A stretch of DNA of 64,000 nt from Candidatus Latescibacterota bacterium (GCA_965203175.1 OZ241867.1:3776001-3840000), one strand, 5' to 3'; positions 1-9,791 are shown, counted from the stretch's first letter. A program made the numbers and translations. Notes: generated from the letters alone by a model not told the origin.

Positions 1-7
1 GGTCCAT
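1..7 (-). CDS. 5' end of a gene running off the left edge (ATG GAC C...)
   Basis: Minus-strand ATG at 7-5, preceded by AAGGAG (plus-strand ctcctt at 18-23) at normal spacing. Only two codons are visible. Confidence 0.45.
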
Positions 8-341
8 GTCAGTCTGTCTCCTTAAGAAGCGTTTTTAAAACCCCGTCAGGCTGCTTTGTCGGGCTATCGAGAGGCCTTGGCGGATCCCCCGGTCCTAGAT
101 GTTTTGAGCTGAGAGAAAGACCGAACCTCTAGTTTTAAGGACGATTCTAAATTATTCATGAGTGGTAATCCCCTTTCTTGAAGGGGTTTCGGCTTAACCT
201 GCGACGTAAAACGCTATTGCTCTTTTAATAGTAGCAAGATACGTACCACCCTAATTAAGAATAAAATCGGCTAAAAAGTGCATTTCAGCGACAGGATGGC
301 AGCGATTCGTGCTATCGTGTCATTAATATGAACGCGGCACA

Positions 342-370
342 TTGACAGGGTGCTGCCATCCGGCTAGATT
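342..370 (+). promoter_or_regulatory. sigma70-type promoter of uvrB
   Basis: TTGACA (342-347), 17 bp spacer, TAGATT (365-370); AAGGAGG RBS at 381-387. Confidence 0.65.
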
Positions 371-391
371 GGCCGCTAGCAAGGAGGATAC

Positions 392-2386
392 ATGGATCAG
401 TTCAAACTGGTTGCCGATTACTCGCCTGCTGGCGACCAACCCCAAGCCATCGCCGAGCTAGCCGAGGGCGTGCGGCAGCAGCACGCCCAACAGACGCTTT
501 TGGGCGTGACCGGCAGCGGCAAAACCTTCACCATGGCCAACGTCATTGAGGAGTTGCAGATGCCGGCCTTGGTCATCTCGCACAACAAGACGCTGGCCGC
601 CCAACTCTACGGCGAACTCAAGGGATATTTCCCCGACAATGCGGTCGAGTATTTCGTCAGCTACTACGACTACTATCAGCCCGAAGCCTACAAGCCGAGC
701 ACGGACACGTATATCGAGAAGGAGGTCGAGCGCAACGAGGAGATTGACCGCTTGCGGCTCAAGGCCATCACCTCGCTGTTGCAGCGCCGCGATGTGGTCG
801 TCGTCGCCACGGTCTCGTGCATTTACGGCATTGGCTCGCCCCGCGAATACGACGAGCAGAAGGTCTCCCTGCGGCGGGGCGAGCAAATCGAGCGCGACGA
901 CATTTTGCGCGCCTTGATAGACATCTATTACAGCCGCAATGATTTCGAACTGCAACGCGGCTGCTTTCGGGTGCGGGGCGATATCGTCGAGATTGTGCCT
1001 GGGTCGGAAGACCGCGCCGTGCGCATTGAGATGTTTGGCGACGAGATCGAGGGCATTTACCTGATCGACGCGCTCACCGGCGAGGTGCTAGAGCCGCGCG
1101 AACACGTCAGCCTCTTCCCAGCCAAAGCCTACGTGACCGACGAGGAGCGGACAGAGCAAGCCTGTGAGCAAATCCTCGTCGAGCTAGAGAGTCATCTCCT
1201 CGACTTGCGCACCGAACACAAGCTGGTGGAGGCCCAGCGGCTAGAGACGCGCACCAAGTACGACGTGGAATTGATCCGCGAGGTCGGCTTCTGTCCGGGG
1301 ATCGAAAACTACTCGCGCTACATGGACGGCCGCCAGCCGGGTTCCGCGCCGTATGTATTGCTCGATTACTTTCCCGAGGATTACCTGCTTTTTATCGACG
1401 AGTCGCACGTGACCGTGCCGCAAATCCGGGGCATGTTTCGCGGGGACCGCTCGCGCAAGGAGACCTTGGTCGAGCACGGCTTCCGCCTGCCGTCGGCCTA
1501 CGACAATCGGCCGCTGGTGTTCAAGGAGTTTGAGGAGCGGATGGGATGGACGGTCTTCGTGTCGGCCACGCCGGCCGAGTACGAACTGAAGCAGTCGGGT
1601 GGCGTGGTAGTCGAACAGGTGATCCGGCCCACGGGGTTGGTTGATCCCTCTATTGAAGTGCGGCCCCAAGAGGGACAGATCGACGATCTCGTCGAGGAGA
1701 TAAGGCAGCGGGCCGAAAAGCGCGAGCGGGTTTTGGTCACGACCATGACCAAGCGCATGGCCGAAAACCTCGCCGACTACTTTGAACAGCTCGACATCCG
1801 CGTGCGCTATCTGCATTCGGATATTGAGACGTTGGACCGCGTCGAGATCCTCCGCGATTTGCGCTTAGGGGAGTTTGACGTGCTGGTGGGGATCAACCTC
1901 CTGCGCGAAGGCTTGGATTTGCCCGAGGTCTCGCTGGTGGCCGTGCTCGACGCCAGCAAGGAGGGCTTTCTGCGCTCGGAGGTCGCACTGATCCAAACGG
2001 TTGGCCGCGCAGCCCGCAACGCCGCCGGCATGGTGATCTTCTACGCCGACCACGTCACCAATTCGATGCAGAAGGCCATAGACGAGACCTATCGCCGCCG
2101 CCACAAGCAGGAGGCGTACAACGCCGAGCACGCCATTGTGCCGGAGACGATATACCGCAGCCGGGAAGAGATTATCCAAGCGACCTCAGTGCTCGAAAGC
2201 GTGCGCGGCCTTGCGCCCGAATTGGCAGCCGAGCCGACGATCAACTACCAAGAAATAGAAGACCAAGAGGAACTGCTCGCCGATTTGGAGCAGCAAATGA
2301 AGGCCGCGGCGGCCAACTTGGAGTTTGAGAAAGCCGCGTACCTGCGCGATGAAATCACGCGGCTCAAGGAGCAGCAGGTGAGTTGA
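392..2386 (+). CDS. uvrB: Excinuclease ABC subunit B
   Basis: [64 protein letters not shown] and a C-terminal UVR motif FEKAAYLRD. Confidence 0.98.
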   Translation: MDQFKLVADYSPAGDQPQAIAELAEGVRQQHAQQTLLGVTGSGKTFTMANVIEELQMPALVISHNKTLAAQLYGELKGYFPDNAVEYFVSYYDYYQPEAYKPSTDTYIEKEVERNEEIDRLRLKAITSLLQRRDVVVVATVSCIYGIGSPREYDEQKVSLRRGEQIERDDILRALIDIYYSRNDFELQRGCFRVRGDIVEIVPGSEDRAVRIEMFGDEIEGIYLIDALTGEVLEPREHVSLFPAKAYVTDEERTEQACEQILVELESHLLDLRTEHKLVEAQRLETRTKYDVELIREVGFCPGIENYSRYMDGRQPGSAPYVLLDYFPEDYLLFIDESHVTVPQIRGMFRGDRSRKETLVEHGFRLPSAYDNRPLVFKEFEERMGWTVFVSATPAEYELKQSGGVVVEQVIRPTGLVDPSIEVRPQEGQIDDLVEEIRQRAEKRERVLVTTMTKRMAENLADYFEQLDIRVRYLHSDIETLDRVEILRDLRLGEFDVLVGINLLREGLDLPEVSLVAVLDASKEGFLRSEVALIQTVGRAARNAAGMVIFYADHVTNSMQKAIDETYRRRHKQEAYNAEHAIVPETIYRSREEIIQATSVLESVRGLAPELAAEPTINYQEIEDQEELLADLEQQMKAAAANLEFEKAAYLRDEITRLKEQQVS

Positions 2387-2404
2387 AAGCCGCGGCGGCT
2401 AAAT

Positions 2405-2433
2405 TTGACCTACGGCATTGCCCACCTTAGATT
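2405..2433 (+). promoter_or_regulatory. sigma70-type promoter of the ABC ATPase gene
   Basis: TTGACC (2405-2410), 17 bp spacer, TAGATT (2428-2433); same -10 hexamer as the uvrB promoter. Confidence 0.5.
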
Positions 2434-2475
2434 GATCCGGTCTTGCAGAAGCAACATCAAATGTAGGAGCACATT

Positions 2476-3225
2476 ATGTCCAATGGCCGTGATATAATCG
2501 TCGATGTCCGAGACGTCAAGATGGTTTACAATGCCAAAAACCGCGACGAATCGACCCATGTTCACGCACTGCGCGGTTTGACCGTCCAGGTGTACGAGAA
2601 CGAGTTTTTTGCCATCATGGGGCCTTCTGGGTCGGGGAAGAGCACGCTTTTTAATATGATCGGCGCCCTGCAGACGCCCACCGACGGCGAGGTACTTATT
2701 GAGGGCGTCAATCTGGCCTCGCTCAACACGCAGCAGCTAGCCGCGGTGCGCTGCTTTGAGCTGGGTTACATTTTCCAGACCTACAATCTCTTGCCGGTGA
2801 TGAGCGCGCTGATGAACGTGTCGCTGCCCACGGTGTTTGCCGGCATGACCACGGCCGAGGGCGAAAGGCGGGCCATGGAGTGTTTGAAGATCGTCGGGCT
2901 AGGCGATCGGGCACACCACATCCCCTCCGAGCTGTCGGGCGGTCAGCAACAGCGCGTCGCCATTGCCCGCGCGTTCGTCAACAAGCCGCGCATCATCCTC
3001 GCCGACGAGCCGACGGGTAACCTCGACAGCAATACGGGGCAAGAGATCATCAGCTACATGAAGAGCCTGCAACAGGAGATGGGAACGACGATCATTACCG
3101 TGACCCACGACGACAAAATGCTCACGGCTGCCGACCGCATGGCCTGGATCCGCGATGGGCGGCTAGAGCGGGTAGCCAATCGCGAAGACATCGAGATCCA
3201 GGTGGGCAGCATCAAAGAGCACTAA
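2476..3225 (+). CDS. ABC transporter ATP-binding protein, LolD/MacB-like
   Basis: Walker [10 protein letters not shown], signature [29 protein letters not shown]. Confidence 0.92.
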   Translation: MSNGRDIIVDVRDVKMVYNAKNRDESTHVHALRGLTVQVYENEFFAIMGPSGSGKSTLFNMIGALQTPTDGEVLIEGVNLASLNTQQLAAVRCFELGYIFQTYNLLPVMSALMNVSLPTVFAGMTTAEGERRAMECLKIVGLGDRAHHIPSELSGGQQQRVAIARAFVNKPRIILADEPTGNLDSNTGQEIISYMKSLQQEMGTTIITVTHDDKMLTAADRMAWIRDGRLERVANREDIEIQVGSIKEH

Positions 3226-3250
3226 ATCGACTTCGGCCAAGACAGAATCT

Positions 3251-3290
3251 AAAAAAGCGCCCGATGCTGACGGAGCATCGGGCGCTTTTT
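3251..3290. terminator. Bidirectional rho-independent terminator
   Basis: AAAAAAGCGCCCGATGCT-gacgg-AGCATCGGGCGCTTTTT between convergent genes. Confidence 0.85.
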
Positions 3291-3454
3291 CGCGTTTACT
3301 TCGCTCGAGAAAAGCGTTCAATCCGGCCAAATCCCTGCTCGCCGGCATTGTAGTGGACCACCGCGTCGTAGTCTTGGGTCGCGAATTGGCGGACGAGGCC
3401 GCGCCAATCCCAGTCTAGGAGCCCGTGACTAAACAAGCCGGGCGCGACAAAAGC

Positions 3455-4438
3455 CTAACCTCGCTGGGAGAGGACGGTCTCGACGATTCGCTCTTGGCTG
3501 GGAATGGTCGGCATCTCGAGGGTGGGGCTGAAGGGGATGGGCACGTCGGCCGCGCCAATGCGCAAGACGGGGGCGTCGAGCCAATCGAATGCCTCGGCGT
3601 TGAGGATGGAAGCAAGTTCGGCCGTGGTGCCGTAGCGCTCGACACCTTCGTCAATCACCACCGCATAGCCGGTTTTGCGCACCGAGGCGAGCAGAGTCTC
3701 CTTGTCCAGCGGCACGAGAGTGCGCGGATCGACGACCTCGGCTTCTAGCCCTTGGGCGGCAAGATCTTCCGCTGCGGCCAAGGCGACGCCGACCATGCTG
3801 GAGGTGGCGACGAGGGTCAAGTCAGTGCCGGCGCGCTTGACCTCGGCCTCGCCAAAGGGAATGAGGAAATCGTCTTCTTCGGGCACGGGGCCGGAGTCGT
3901 TGTACATCATCTTGTCTTCGAAGAACAGCACGGGATTGTCGTCGCGGATCGCGGTCTTGAGCAGGCCCTTGGCGTCGCGCGGAGTAGCGGGGATGGCGAC
4001 TTTGAGGCCGGGGATATGAGCGAAAAGCGCGTGCAAGCTCTGCGAGTGCTGCGCGGCTGAAGAACGCCCGGCTCCCATCGACAGCCGGATCGTCAGCGGA
4101 ACTTTGCACTGGCCGCCCGACATGTAGCGAATCTTGGCCGCCTGATTGACGATTTGGTCCATAGTCAACAGCGAAAAGTCGCCGAACATCAGCTCGCACA
4201 GCGGGCGCATGCCAGTCATGGCGGCCCCAACGCCGAGTCCGATGTAGCCCGCCTCGGCAATGGGGGTGTCGATGACGCGCTCAGCGCCGAATTCCTCGAA
4301 GAGACCCTCGCAGCATTTGAAGATGCCGCCAGAGGCCCCCACGTCCTCGCCCATGAGAAAGACGGTCTCGTCGCGGCGCATTTCCTCGGCCGTGGCTAGG
4401 CCGATCGCCTCTCTAAACAGCATGTCCCGATCAGGCAT
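3455..4438 (-). CDS. TPP-dependent 2-oxoacid/acetoin dehydrogenase E1 beta subunit (AcoB/PdhB family)
   Basis: GEDV, RVIDTPIAE, DQIVNQAAK, QHSQ, VVDPRTLVPLD. Start placed at MPDRD (ATG 4438), overlapping the alpha-subunit stop. Confidence 0.92.
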   Translation of the reverse strand: MPDRDMLFREAIGLATAEEMRRDETVFLMGEDVGASGGIFKCCEGLFEEFGAERVIDTPIAEAGYIGLGVGAAMTGMRPLCELMFGDFSLLTMDQIVNQAAKIRYMSGGQCKVPLTIRLSMGAGRSSAAQHSQSLHALFAHIPGLKVAIPATPRDAKGLLKTAIRDDNPVLFFEDKMMYNDSGPVPEEDDFLIPFGEAEVKRAGTDLTLVATSSMVGVALAAAEDLAAQGLEAEVVDPRTLVPLDKETLLASVRKTGYAVVIDEGVERYGTTAELASILNAEAFDWLDAPVLRIGAADVPIPFSPTLEMPTIPSQERIVETVLSQRG

Positions 4439-5441
4439 ATATATCCTCAAAAGCTTGTTCTGGCGGGGGAAAGTCGGATTCTTTGCCGAATTCAATGGCG
4501 TCGAGGACTTCGCGCTCTACTTGCTCGTACAGGGCGTCGAGTTCGGCCTGTTTGGCGACCCGGTTGGCGACCATGTACTGGCCCAACAAGCGAATGGGAT
4601 CCTTGTTTTCAGACCACCAGCCGACCTCATCGCGAGTGCGGTAGGTCTGGGCGTCGCCGACGTGATGCCCGTGGTAGCGGTAGGTTTTAGCTTCGATCAG
4701 GCTCGGGCCGCCGCCCTTGCGCGCCTTGGTCACGGCTGCGGTTACTTTTTCGTACATCTCCAGCACATCGGCCCCGTCGGCGATGATCCCTTCGAGGCCA
4801 AGCCCCTTGGCGCGGTCGGCAATGTCGGTGACGCCGGTGACGCTCTCGTAGGGGGTGTGCTCGCCGTATTGGTTGTTCTCGCAGATGTAGATAACCGGCA
4901 GGTTCCAGATCACGGCCATGTTAATGGTTTCGAGCATGATGCCTTGGTTGGCCGCGCCGTCGCCAAAGAAGCAGACGCCCACTTGATCACTGCCGCGCAG
5001 TTTGGCCGATAGGCCGGCACCAGTGCAGATGCCGAAGCCGCCCCCGACAATGCCGTTGGCACCGAGGATGCCCAGCGACATATCGGCGATGTGCATGGAC
5101 CCGCCCTTGCCGCGACAATAGCCAGCTTCCTTGCCCATAATCTCGGCCATCATGCGGTCGAGCTGGCCGCCTTTGGCCAGACAGTGCCCGTGGCCGCGGT
5201 GCGTGCTGGTGATGTAGTCGTCGTCGCGCAAGGCCGCGCAAGTGCCGACGGCCACGCCTTCCTCGCCGATGTAGAGGTGGGCTAGGCCAGGCATCAGGCC
5301 GCGGGTATAGACGTCCCAGACGTGCTCTTCAAAGAGGCGAATCTCCGACATCTTGCGGTACATGAACCACAGTTTGTCGGGCGCGGCCCGGAGCTTGGTT
5401 TTCTTTGCTTTAGGTTTTTTGCGGGCAGTTGTCTTCGCCAT
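4431..5441 (-). CDS. TPP-dependent dehydrogenase E1 alpha subunit (AcoA/PdhA family)
   Basis: THRGHGH, GKGGSMH, TPP motif GDGA...ENNQY, TYRYHGH. Start at ATG 5441 with a GGAG RBS. Confidence 0.93.
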   Translation of the reverse strand: MAKTTARKKPKAKKTKLRAAPDKLWFMYRKMSEIRLFEEHVWDVYTRGLMPGLAHLYIGEEGVAVGTCAALRDDDYITSTHRGHGHCLAKGGQLDRMMAEIMGKEAGYCRGKGGSMHIADMSLGILGANGIVGGGFGICTGAGLSAKLRGSDQVGVCFFGDGAANQGIMLETINMAVIWNLPVIYICENNQYGEHTPYESVTGVTDIADRAKGLGLEGIIADGADVLEMYEKVTAAVTKARKGGGPSLIEAKTYRYHGHHVGDAQTYRTRDEVGWWSENKDPIRLLGQYMVANRVAKQAELDALYEQVEREVLDAIEFGKESDFPPPEQAFEDIYA

Positions 5442-5509
5442 GTATGCTATCTCCGGCAATACTCGTTAGGGCAAAAAATAAGCGAGGTGGGTCCGGTATC
5501 GTCAAGCGC

Positions 5510-5548
5510 GAAAAAGCCGGGAAACCCGTGGGGCATCCCGGCTTTTTC
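5510..5548. terminator. Rho-independent terminator downstream of the ferredoxin gene
   Basis: AAAAAGCCGGGA...TCCCGGCTTTTT inverted repeat with A/T tails. Confidence 0.7.
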
Positions 5549-5566
5549 GCACGAAGGGCGGGATGC

Positions 5567-5881
5567 CTAGCTCGTTTTTTCGAATTCGGCGGCGTGTTCT
5601 TGCTTCCACTGGTTCCATTCGTCGGCATCGTCGCGTAGCTCAAAGTACTTGGTGTTGATCTCGACGAAGCGGTCTTGATCCTCGGGCATGTCCTCTTCGG
5701 CGAAGATCGCCTCGACCGGGCACTCTGGCTCGCAGGCACCGCAATCAATGCACTCGTCCGGGTCGATGTAGAGCATGGGTTCGCCGTCGCCGTCGATCGG
5801 ATGGATGCAGTCCACGGGGCAAACCTCGACGCAGGCTTTGTCTTTGACGTCGATGCAGGTTTCAGTGATGTAGTAAGCCAT
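5567..5881 (-). CDS. 7Fe ferredoxin (FdxA-type [3Fe-4S]/[4Fe-4S])
   Basis: CIDVKDKACVEVCPVDCI and CIDCGACEPECPVEAIF; GGAGG RBS. Confidence 0.93.
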   Translation of the reverse strand: MAYYITETCIDVKDKACVEVCPVDCIHPIDGDGEPMLYIDPDECIDCGACEPECPVEAIFAEEDMPEDQDRFVEINTKYFELRDDADEWNQWKQEHAAEFEKTS

Positions 5882-5964
5882 GGGTTCCTCCCAATAAGGT
5901 GCTATTGCTTCATTGTTTCTTTGAATTGGGAACTATCGCAAAAATACGGGCCACTTTGTCCCTG

Positions 5965-6543
5965 TCAAGCGGCGAGATTATCCAGTAGGGTCGCTGTGTC
6001 GGCGTTGGTTTGGCAGCGTATTTTCAGATTGAGGCGCAGCTCGGAGGCGGGGTCGCGCTCTATTGCGTACTCGGCACCGGCAAAGAGTTGGGCGAGTACC
6101 GGGTCGAGGGCCGCCCGCAGGGTGTTTTCGCCTGCGTCGTCGTTGGTTGCATTGAGGCGATCGTTGGCTACGAGGAGCAAGTCGCCGCTGCGGAACTTGA
6201 CTTTGCCCGCTAGGCTGGGCTCTTCTTCGAGGCGTCGGCAGGCGGTGAGCGCCGCTTTGAAGGCACTGGCAAGCCGCTCAGTCAGGTCGCCGTCGGCGGG
6301 TTGTTTGCGCGAGTAGAGCAAACCCATCTCGGCGCTGTGGTTGTCGAGGCTGTAGTTGGCTTCGTGGCCGACGAGCAGGGTCAGCGGTCCTTCGTCTAGG
6401 TGGCTGTAGTCGGCCACGTCGATGAGGACTTCGTCTGGGGTCGTCGGAATCCAGCTATTGAAGACGCGAAAAGCCTCTTCGGCCGATAGGGACCCGGGAT
6501 CTTCGAGATAAAATTTTACGTTGATGCGCTGTAGAGATTCCAT
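5965..6543 (-). CDS. Hypothetical protein, co-transcribed with the reductase and ferredoxin
   Basis: 192-aa ORF with typical codon usage, 6 bp after the reductase stop; no recognised motif. Confidence 0.75.
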   Translation of the reverse strand: MESLQRINVKFYLEDPGSLSAEEAFRVFNSWIPTTPDEVLIDVADYSHLDEGPLTLLVGHEANYSLDNHSAEMGLLYSRKQPADGDLTERLASAFKAALTACRRLEEEPSLAGKVKFRSGDLLLVANDRLNATNDDAGENTLRAALDPVLAQLFAGAEYAIERDPASELRLNLKIRCQTNADTATLLDNLAA

Positions 6544-6549
6544 AGAGAC

Positions 6550-8793
6550 TCAAGCGGTAGTGCCGGCGGGTACGGCGATTTTGTCGTAGCAGGTGTACGC
6601 GCCTTCGATGAAGAGCTGCGCTTCCTCGATAAAGCGGTGGACTTGCACCTTGGTCAATTCGCTCGGTGGGTTCTGATACGCGGCAAAGAGGTAGTTGGCA
6701 AATTTCGGGAAGAACAACTCGCTGTCGTAGAAGCGCACGCGAAATTCGGCCACCACCACCTCGGGCGTTTCCGGTACGTCGTAGAATTGTTCTTTGACTA
6801 GGGCGCGGGCCGAGCGCAGCATGGCGTTCAACGCGCCTTGCCAAGCGGTTTCTAGCTGGCCCTCGTCAAAGGCGACTTGCGCTTCAAAGACCTCGCGCTC
6901 AGCCGCGGCGATCTCCATGGTCGTGATGGAAACGACCTCGCCGGCGCACTCGCCCTTGCCGAGGTCGTCCATGGTAAACTCGCGGGTGTCGCCCCAGTCT
7001 TGGTAGTACCAACTGTTTTCCTCGTGGGACGGCACTTGGGTCAGATCGTCGAGCATGGCCTTGACATCGCGCTTGCCGATGCGGGTGATGAAGTCCTTGA
7101 AGGTCTCGTCCTCGGCGCGCTCGGCGACAAAGTGCTGGGCCAAGCGGGTGACGACTTCGGGAATGTTCTTGGAGGGTACGGCACCCGTGGCCAAGCCGAA
7201 GGAGCCGGCGTTTTCTCGCCACTGTCCGCCCAAGACGACCTGAAAGTGCGGCACGGTGATGCCGTTGATCTTGCGGCTGTTGCCGTAGAAGCCGATGTCG
7301 GCGGCGTGGTGTTGGCCGCAGGAGTTGAAGCAGCCGCTGATCTTGATCCGCAGGGCCTCGATGGCCTCGTTGAGCTGGCCATTTTCCTCACTGAGACGAT
7401 TGCGCAACTCAGCGGCTAGGCCGCGCGAAGAGGCAATGCCTAACTTGCAGGTGTCGGTGCCAGGGCAGGCCGTCACGTCGGCAATGGTCCCGGCACCGGA
7501 TTCGGCGAGGCCGAGGGACACGAGTTCGTCGTAGAGGTGGGGCAGATCGGTCTCGCTGACCCAGCGCAGGACGAGGTTTTGCTCGACGGTGGTGCGGACG
7601 GTTTCGCGGACGTAGCGCCGGCTGATGTCAGCTAATGCGCGTAGCTGGCTAGAGGTGATGTCGCCCAGCGGCAGAACCACGGTGGCGACTGCATAGCCTT
7701 CTTGGCGTTGCGCATAGACATTGGTGCGGTACCATTCGGCGAAGCCTTCACTCGCGGTTGCGCCGTTGAGAGCTTGGCCCGGCTTGAGGGGCTGCTCGTC
7801 AGTGGCGTGAAGATCGTCGAGAAACGCGGTCCAGCTCGGATCTTCGGGCAGGATGGCGCGTTCCTCCAACACCAAGCGGCGGAATTCCTCAATGCCGAGC
7901 TTGGCGACCAAGAACTTAATACGGGCGCGATTGCGGTTTTTCTTTTCGCCGAGGCGGGCAAAGACGCGGGCGATAGCCTGGGCGATGGGCAGCAATTCCT
8001 CGGCGGGTACGAACTCGTCGAAGAGCTGGGCTTGGTGTGGCACCGCGCCCAAACCGCCGCCGACGTAGAGCTTAAAGCCGCGCTTTTCCTCGCCGTTGAT
8101 GATCTTTACCACGGCGATGCCGCCGAGGTCGTGCATGTTGGTCAGGCCGCAGGATTCGTGCTGGCAGCCGGAGAAGGCGATCTTGAATTTGCGCCCGAAG
8201 TCTTGGCAGTCGGGATGCCCGAGCAGGAAGCGCATGAGGGCTTGGGCATAGGGCGTTACGTCAAAGGTTTCCGTACGGCAGACGCCGGAGAGAGGGCAGG
8301 CGGTGACGTTGCGCACTGAGTTGCCACAGGCCTCGCGGGTGGTGATGCCCACCGAGGCTAGGCGGCGCATCAGGTCGGGCGTGTCTTCGAGGTGGACGAA
8401 GTGGATTTGGAAGTCTTGGCGCGTGGTGACGTGCAGGATTTCCTCGGAGTACTCTTCGGCCACGTCGGCGAGCACTTCCATCTGTTCGGCCGTCAGCCCG
8501 CCAAATGGGATTTTGATCCGCATCATGCCCGGGGCGTGCCAGATCGTGTCCGGCCCCTTGGTCTGATGTTCGGGGAAGAGTAGCTGTTGCGTCTGGGTGC
8601 CGTCGTAGCGCTGGCCATTGTCGTAGCGCTGGCCGTACACCCCTCGGCGCAACCGCGTCTCGGCGAAGAGCTTCTCCTCCATCTTGCCCTGCTTGCGCAG
8701 GTGGATCTGGGTCTCGAAGGTCTCGATTTCGTCGGCTAGCTCAGCGGGCATTTGCCCGGCTAGTTTTTCTTTCCAACTGCTTGCTGTGCTCAT
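6550..8793 (-). CDS. Ferredoxin-dependent nitrite/sulfite reductase (siroheme, 4Fe-4S) with a C-terminal extension
   Basis: HVTTRQDFQIH, GNSVRNVTACP, RKFKIAFSGC, and siroheme/FeS ligands CPGTDTC...SGCFNSCGQH. Start placed at MSTAS (ATG 8793). Confidence 0.9.
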   Translation of the reverse strand: MSTASSWKEKLAGQMPAELADEIETFETQIHLRKQGKMEEKLFAETRLRRGVYGQRYDNGQRYDGTQTQQLLFPEHQTKGPDTIWHAPGMMRIKIPFGGLTAEQMEVLADVAEEYSEEILHVTTRQDFQIHFVHLEDTPDLMRRLASVGITTREACGNSVRNVTACPLSGVCRTETFDVTPYAQALMRFLLGHPDCQDFGRKFKIAFSGCQHESCGLTNMHDLGGIAVVKIINGEEKRGFKLYVGGGLGAVPHQAQLFDEFVPAEELLPIAQAIARVFARLGEKKNRNRARIKFLVAKLGIEEFRRLVLEERAILPEDPSWTAFLDDLHATDEQPLKPGQALNGATASEGFAEWYRTNVYAQRQEGYAVATVVLPLGDITSSQLRALADISRRYVRETVRTTVEQNLVLRWVSETDLPHLYDELVSLGLAESGAGTIADVTACPGTDTCKLGIASSRGLAAELRNRLSEENGQLNEAIEALRIKISGCFNSCGQHHAADIGFYGNSRKINGITVPHFQVVLGGQWRENAGSFGLATGAVPSKNIPEVVTRLAQHFVAERAEDETFKDFITRIGKRDVKAMLDDLTQVPSHEENSWYYQDWGDTREFTMDDLGKGECAGEVVSITTMEIAAAEREVFEAQVAFDEGQLETAWQGALNAMLRSARALVKEQFYDVPETPEVVVAEFRVRFYDSELFFPKFANYLFAAYQNPPSELTKVQVHRFIEEAQLFIEGAYTCYDKIAVPAGTTA

Positions 8794-8839
8794 GCCTAAA
8801 ACCGCCTCTGTGTGGTTGGCGTCCAATTAAACCTTATTA

Positions 8840-8867
8840 ACATTATAGATTTGCAAGAGACTGTCAA
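8840..8867 (-). promoter_or_regulatory. Possible sigma70 promoter for the reductase operon
   Basis: Minus-strand TTGACA (8867-8862) followed by AT-rich TATAATGT (TAATGT at 16-bp spacing). Confidence 0.4.
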
Positions 8868-9721
8868 GATGAGTCGTCCGCTAGCTTTTCTCGCAGATAG
8901 GCGCGGATTTGCGCCCCCCATTCCGGATCGTCGAGCGCGTAGTCGATAAAGGTTGCAAAATAGGACAGGTGATTGCCAATGTCGCAGCGCTGCTCGTCGG
9001 TACTCAAGCGCACGGCGCGCACTGGGTCACCGGCGGCGATTAGGGCAGCAATGGCATCGGTGAGATATACCTCGCCGCTCGGCGAGGGTGCGGTGGCGTG
9101 GATGTGGGGGAAAATGGCCGGAGAAAACACGTAGCGCGCGCTAACGGCCAAGCGGCTGGAGGTTTGCGCGGGCGTTGGTTTTTCGAGGATGGCGGTCAGC
9201 TTGGAATCTGCGGCTGTGGCTACTTCGGGGACTAAGATGCCGTAGTGGTGCATCCGGTCTTCGGGCACTTCGTACGCGCCGATAGTGCAGGCGGCGCAGT
9301 GGCGGAGGTGCGAATCGATCATCCGTTGCAGCAGGGGACGACCGTTGCGCGTGCGCACGATGCTGTCGCCAAAGGCCACGACGAAAGGCTCACCGGCAGT
9401 AAAAGCTGCTCCGATGGCGACTGCAGTACCGGTGCCAGGGGGCGGAGGTTGGCGCGCGAAGAAAAACTCGATGCCGCGCTCGCGGTAGCCAAAGTGGCAC
9501 GCTGCCGCGCCGCTGTCGTCGAAGTGATTCTCGATCGCGCTTTTGTTGCGTCCGGTGATGAAGAGGATTTGACGAATGCCAGCGGTTGCTAGTTCTTCGA
9601 CGACGTGGTGGACGACCGGCAGGCGGCCCACAGGCAGCATTTCCTTAGACAGGGATTTGGTCGTGGGCAGGAGTCGGGTGCCGAGGCCGGCGACCGGCAC
9701 GATGGCTTTGGCGATGTTCAT
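8864..9721 (-). CDS. galU: UTP-glucose-1-phosphate uridylyltransferase-like nucleotidyltransferase
   Basis: KAIVPVAGLGTRLLPTTK...KEMLP, IENHFD, EKP, GEVYLTDAI. Confidence 0.75.
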   Translation of the reverse strand: MNIAKAIVPVAGLGTRLLPTTKSLSKEMLPVGRLPVVHHVVEELATAGIRQILFITGRNKSAIENHFDDSGAAACHFGYRERGIEFFFARQPPPPGTGTAVAIGAAFTAGEPFVVAFGDSIVRTRNGRPLLQRMIDSHLRHCAACTIGAYEVPEDRMHHYGILVPEVATAADSKLTAILEKPTPAQTSSRLAVSARYVFSPAIFPHIHATAPSPSGEVYLTDAIAALIAAGDPVRAVRLSTDEQRCDIGNHLSYFATFIDYALDDPEWGAQIRAYLREKLADDSS

Positions 9722-9762
9722 GGGATGGGCTCTCGCAAAAAATATGGTTGTGTTCCCAATGT

Positions 9763-9791
9763 TTGACAAGCAGTAGCTGGCGCAATATTAT
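9763..9791 (+). promoter_or_regulatory. sigma70 promoter of the Nramp-like operon
   Basis: TTGACA (9763-9768), 17 bp spacer, TATTAT (9786-9791); GAGGAG RBS before the ATG at 9825. Confidence 0.65.

Noticed and set aside
40-200. c-di-GMP-I, c-di-AMP, SAM-I riboswitch or SRP RNA
   Set aside because: Only short fragments match (GAAACCCC, GGGGGATCC, AAGCAGC). The required flanking conserved elements are not in the correct order.
3455-3457. Genome-wide TAG recoding (pyrrolysine or alternative code)
   Set aside because: Many genes, including carB and several CTD proteins, end at TAG exactly where homologues or paralogs end, so TAG is a normal stop.
4260-5012. Long antisense or alternative-frame ORFs (also 25203-26162, 32539-33660, 36007-36894, 46569-47261, 49892-50869)
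   Set aside because: They shadow well-supported genes, lack motifs and an RBS, and are expected in GC-rich DNA.
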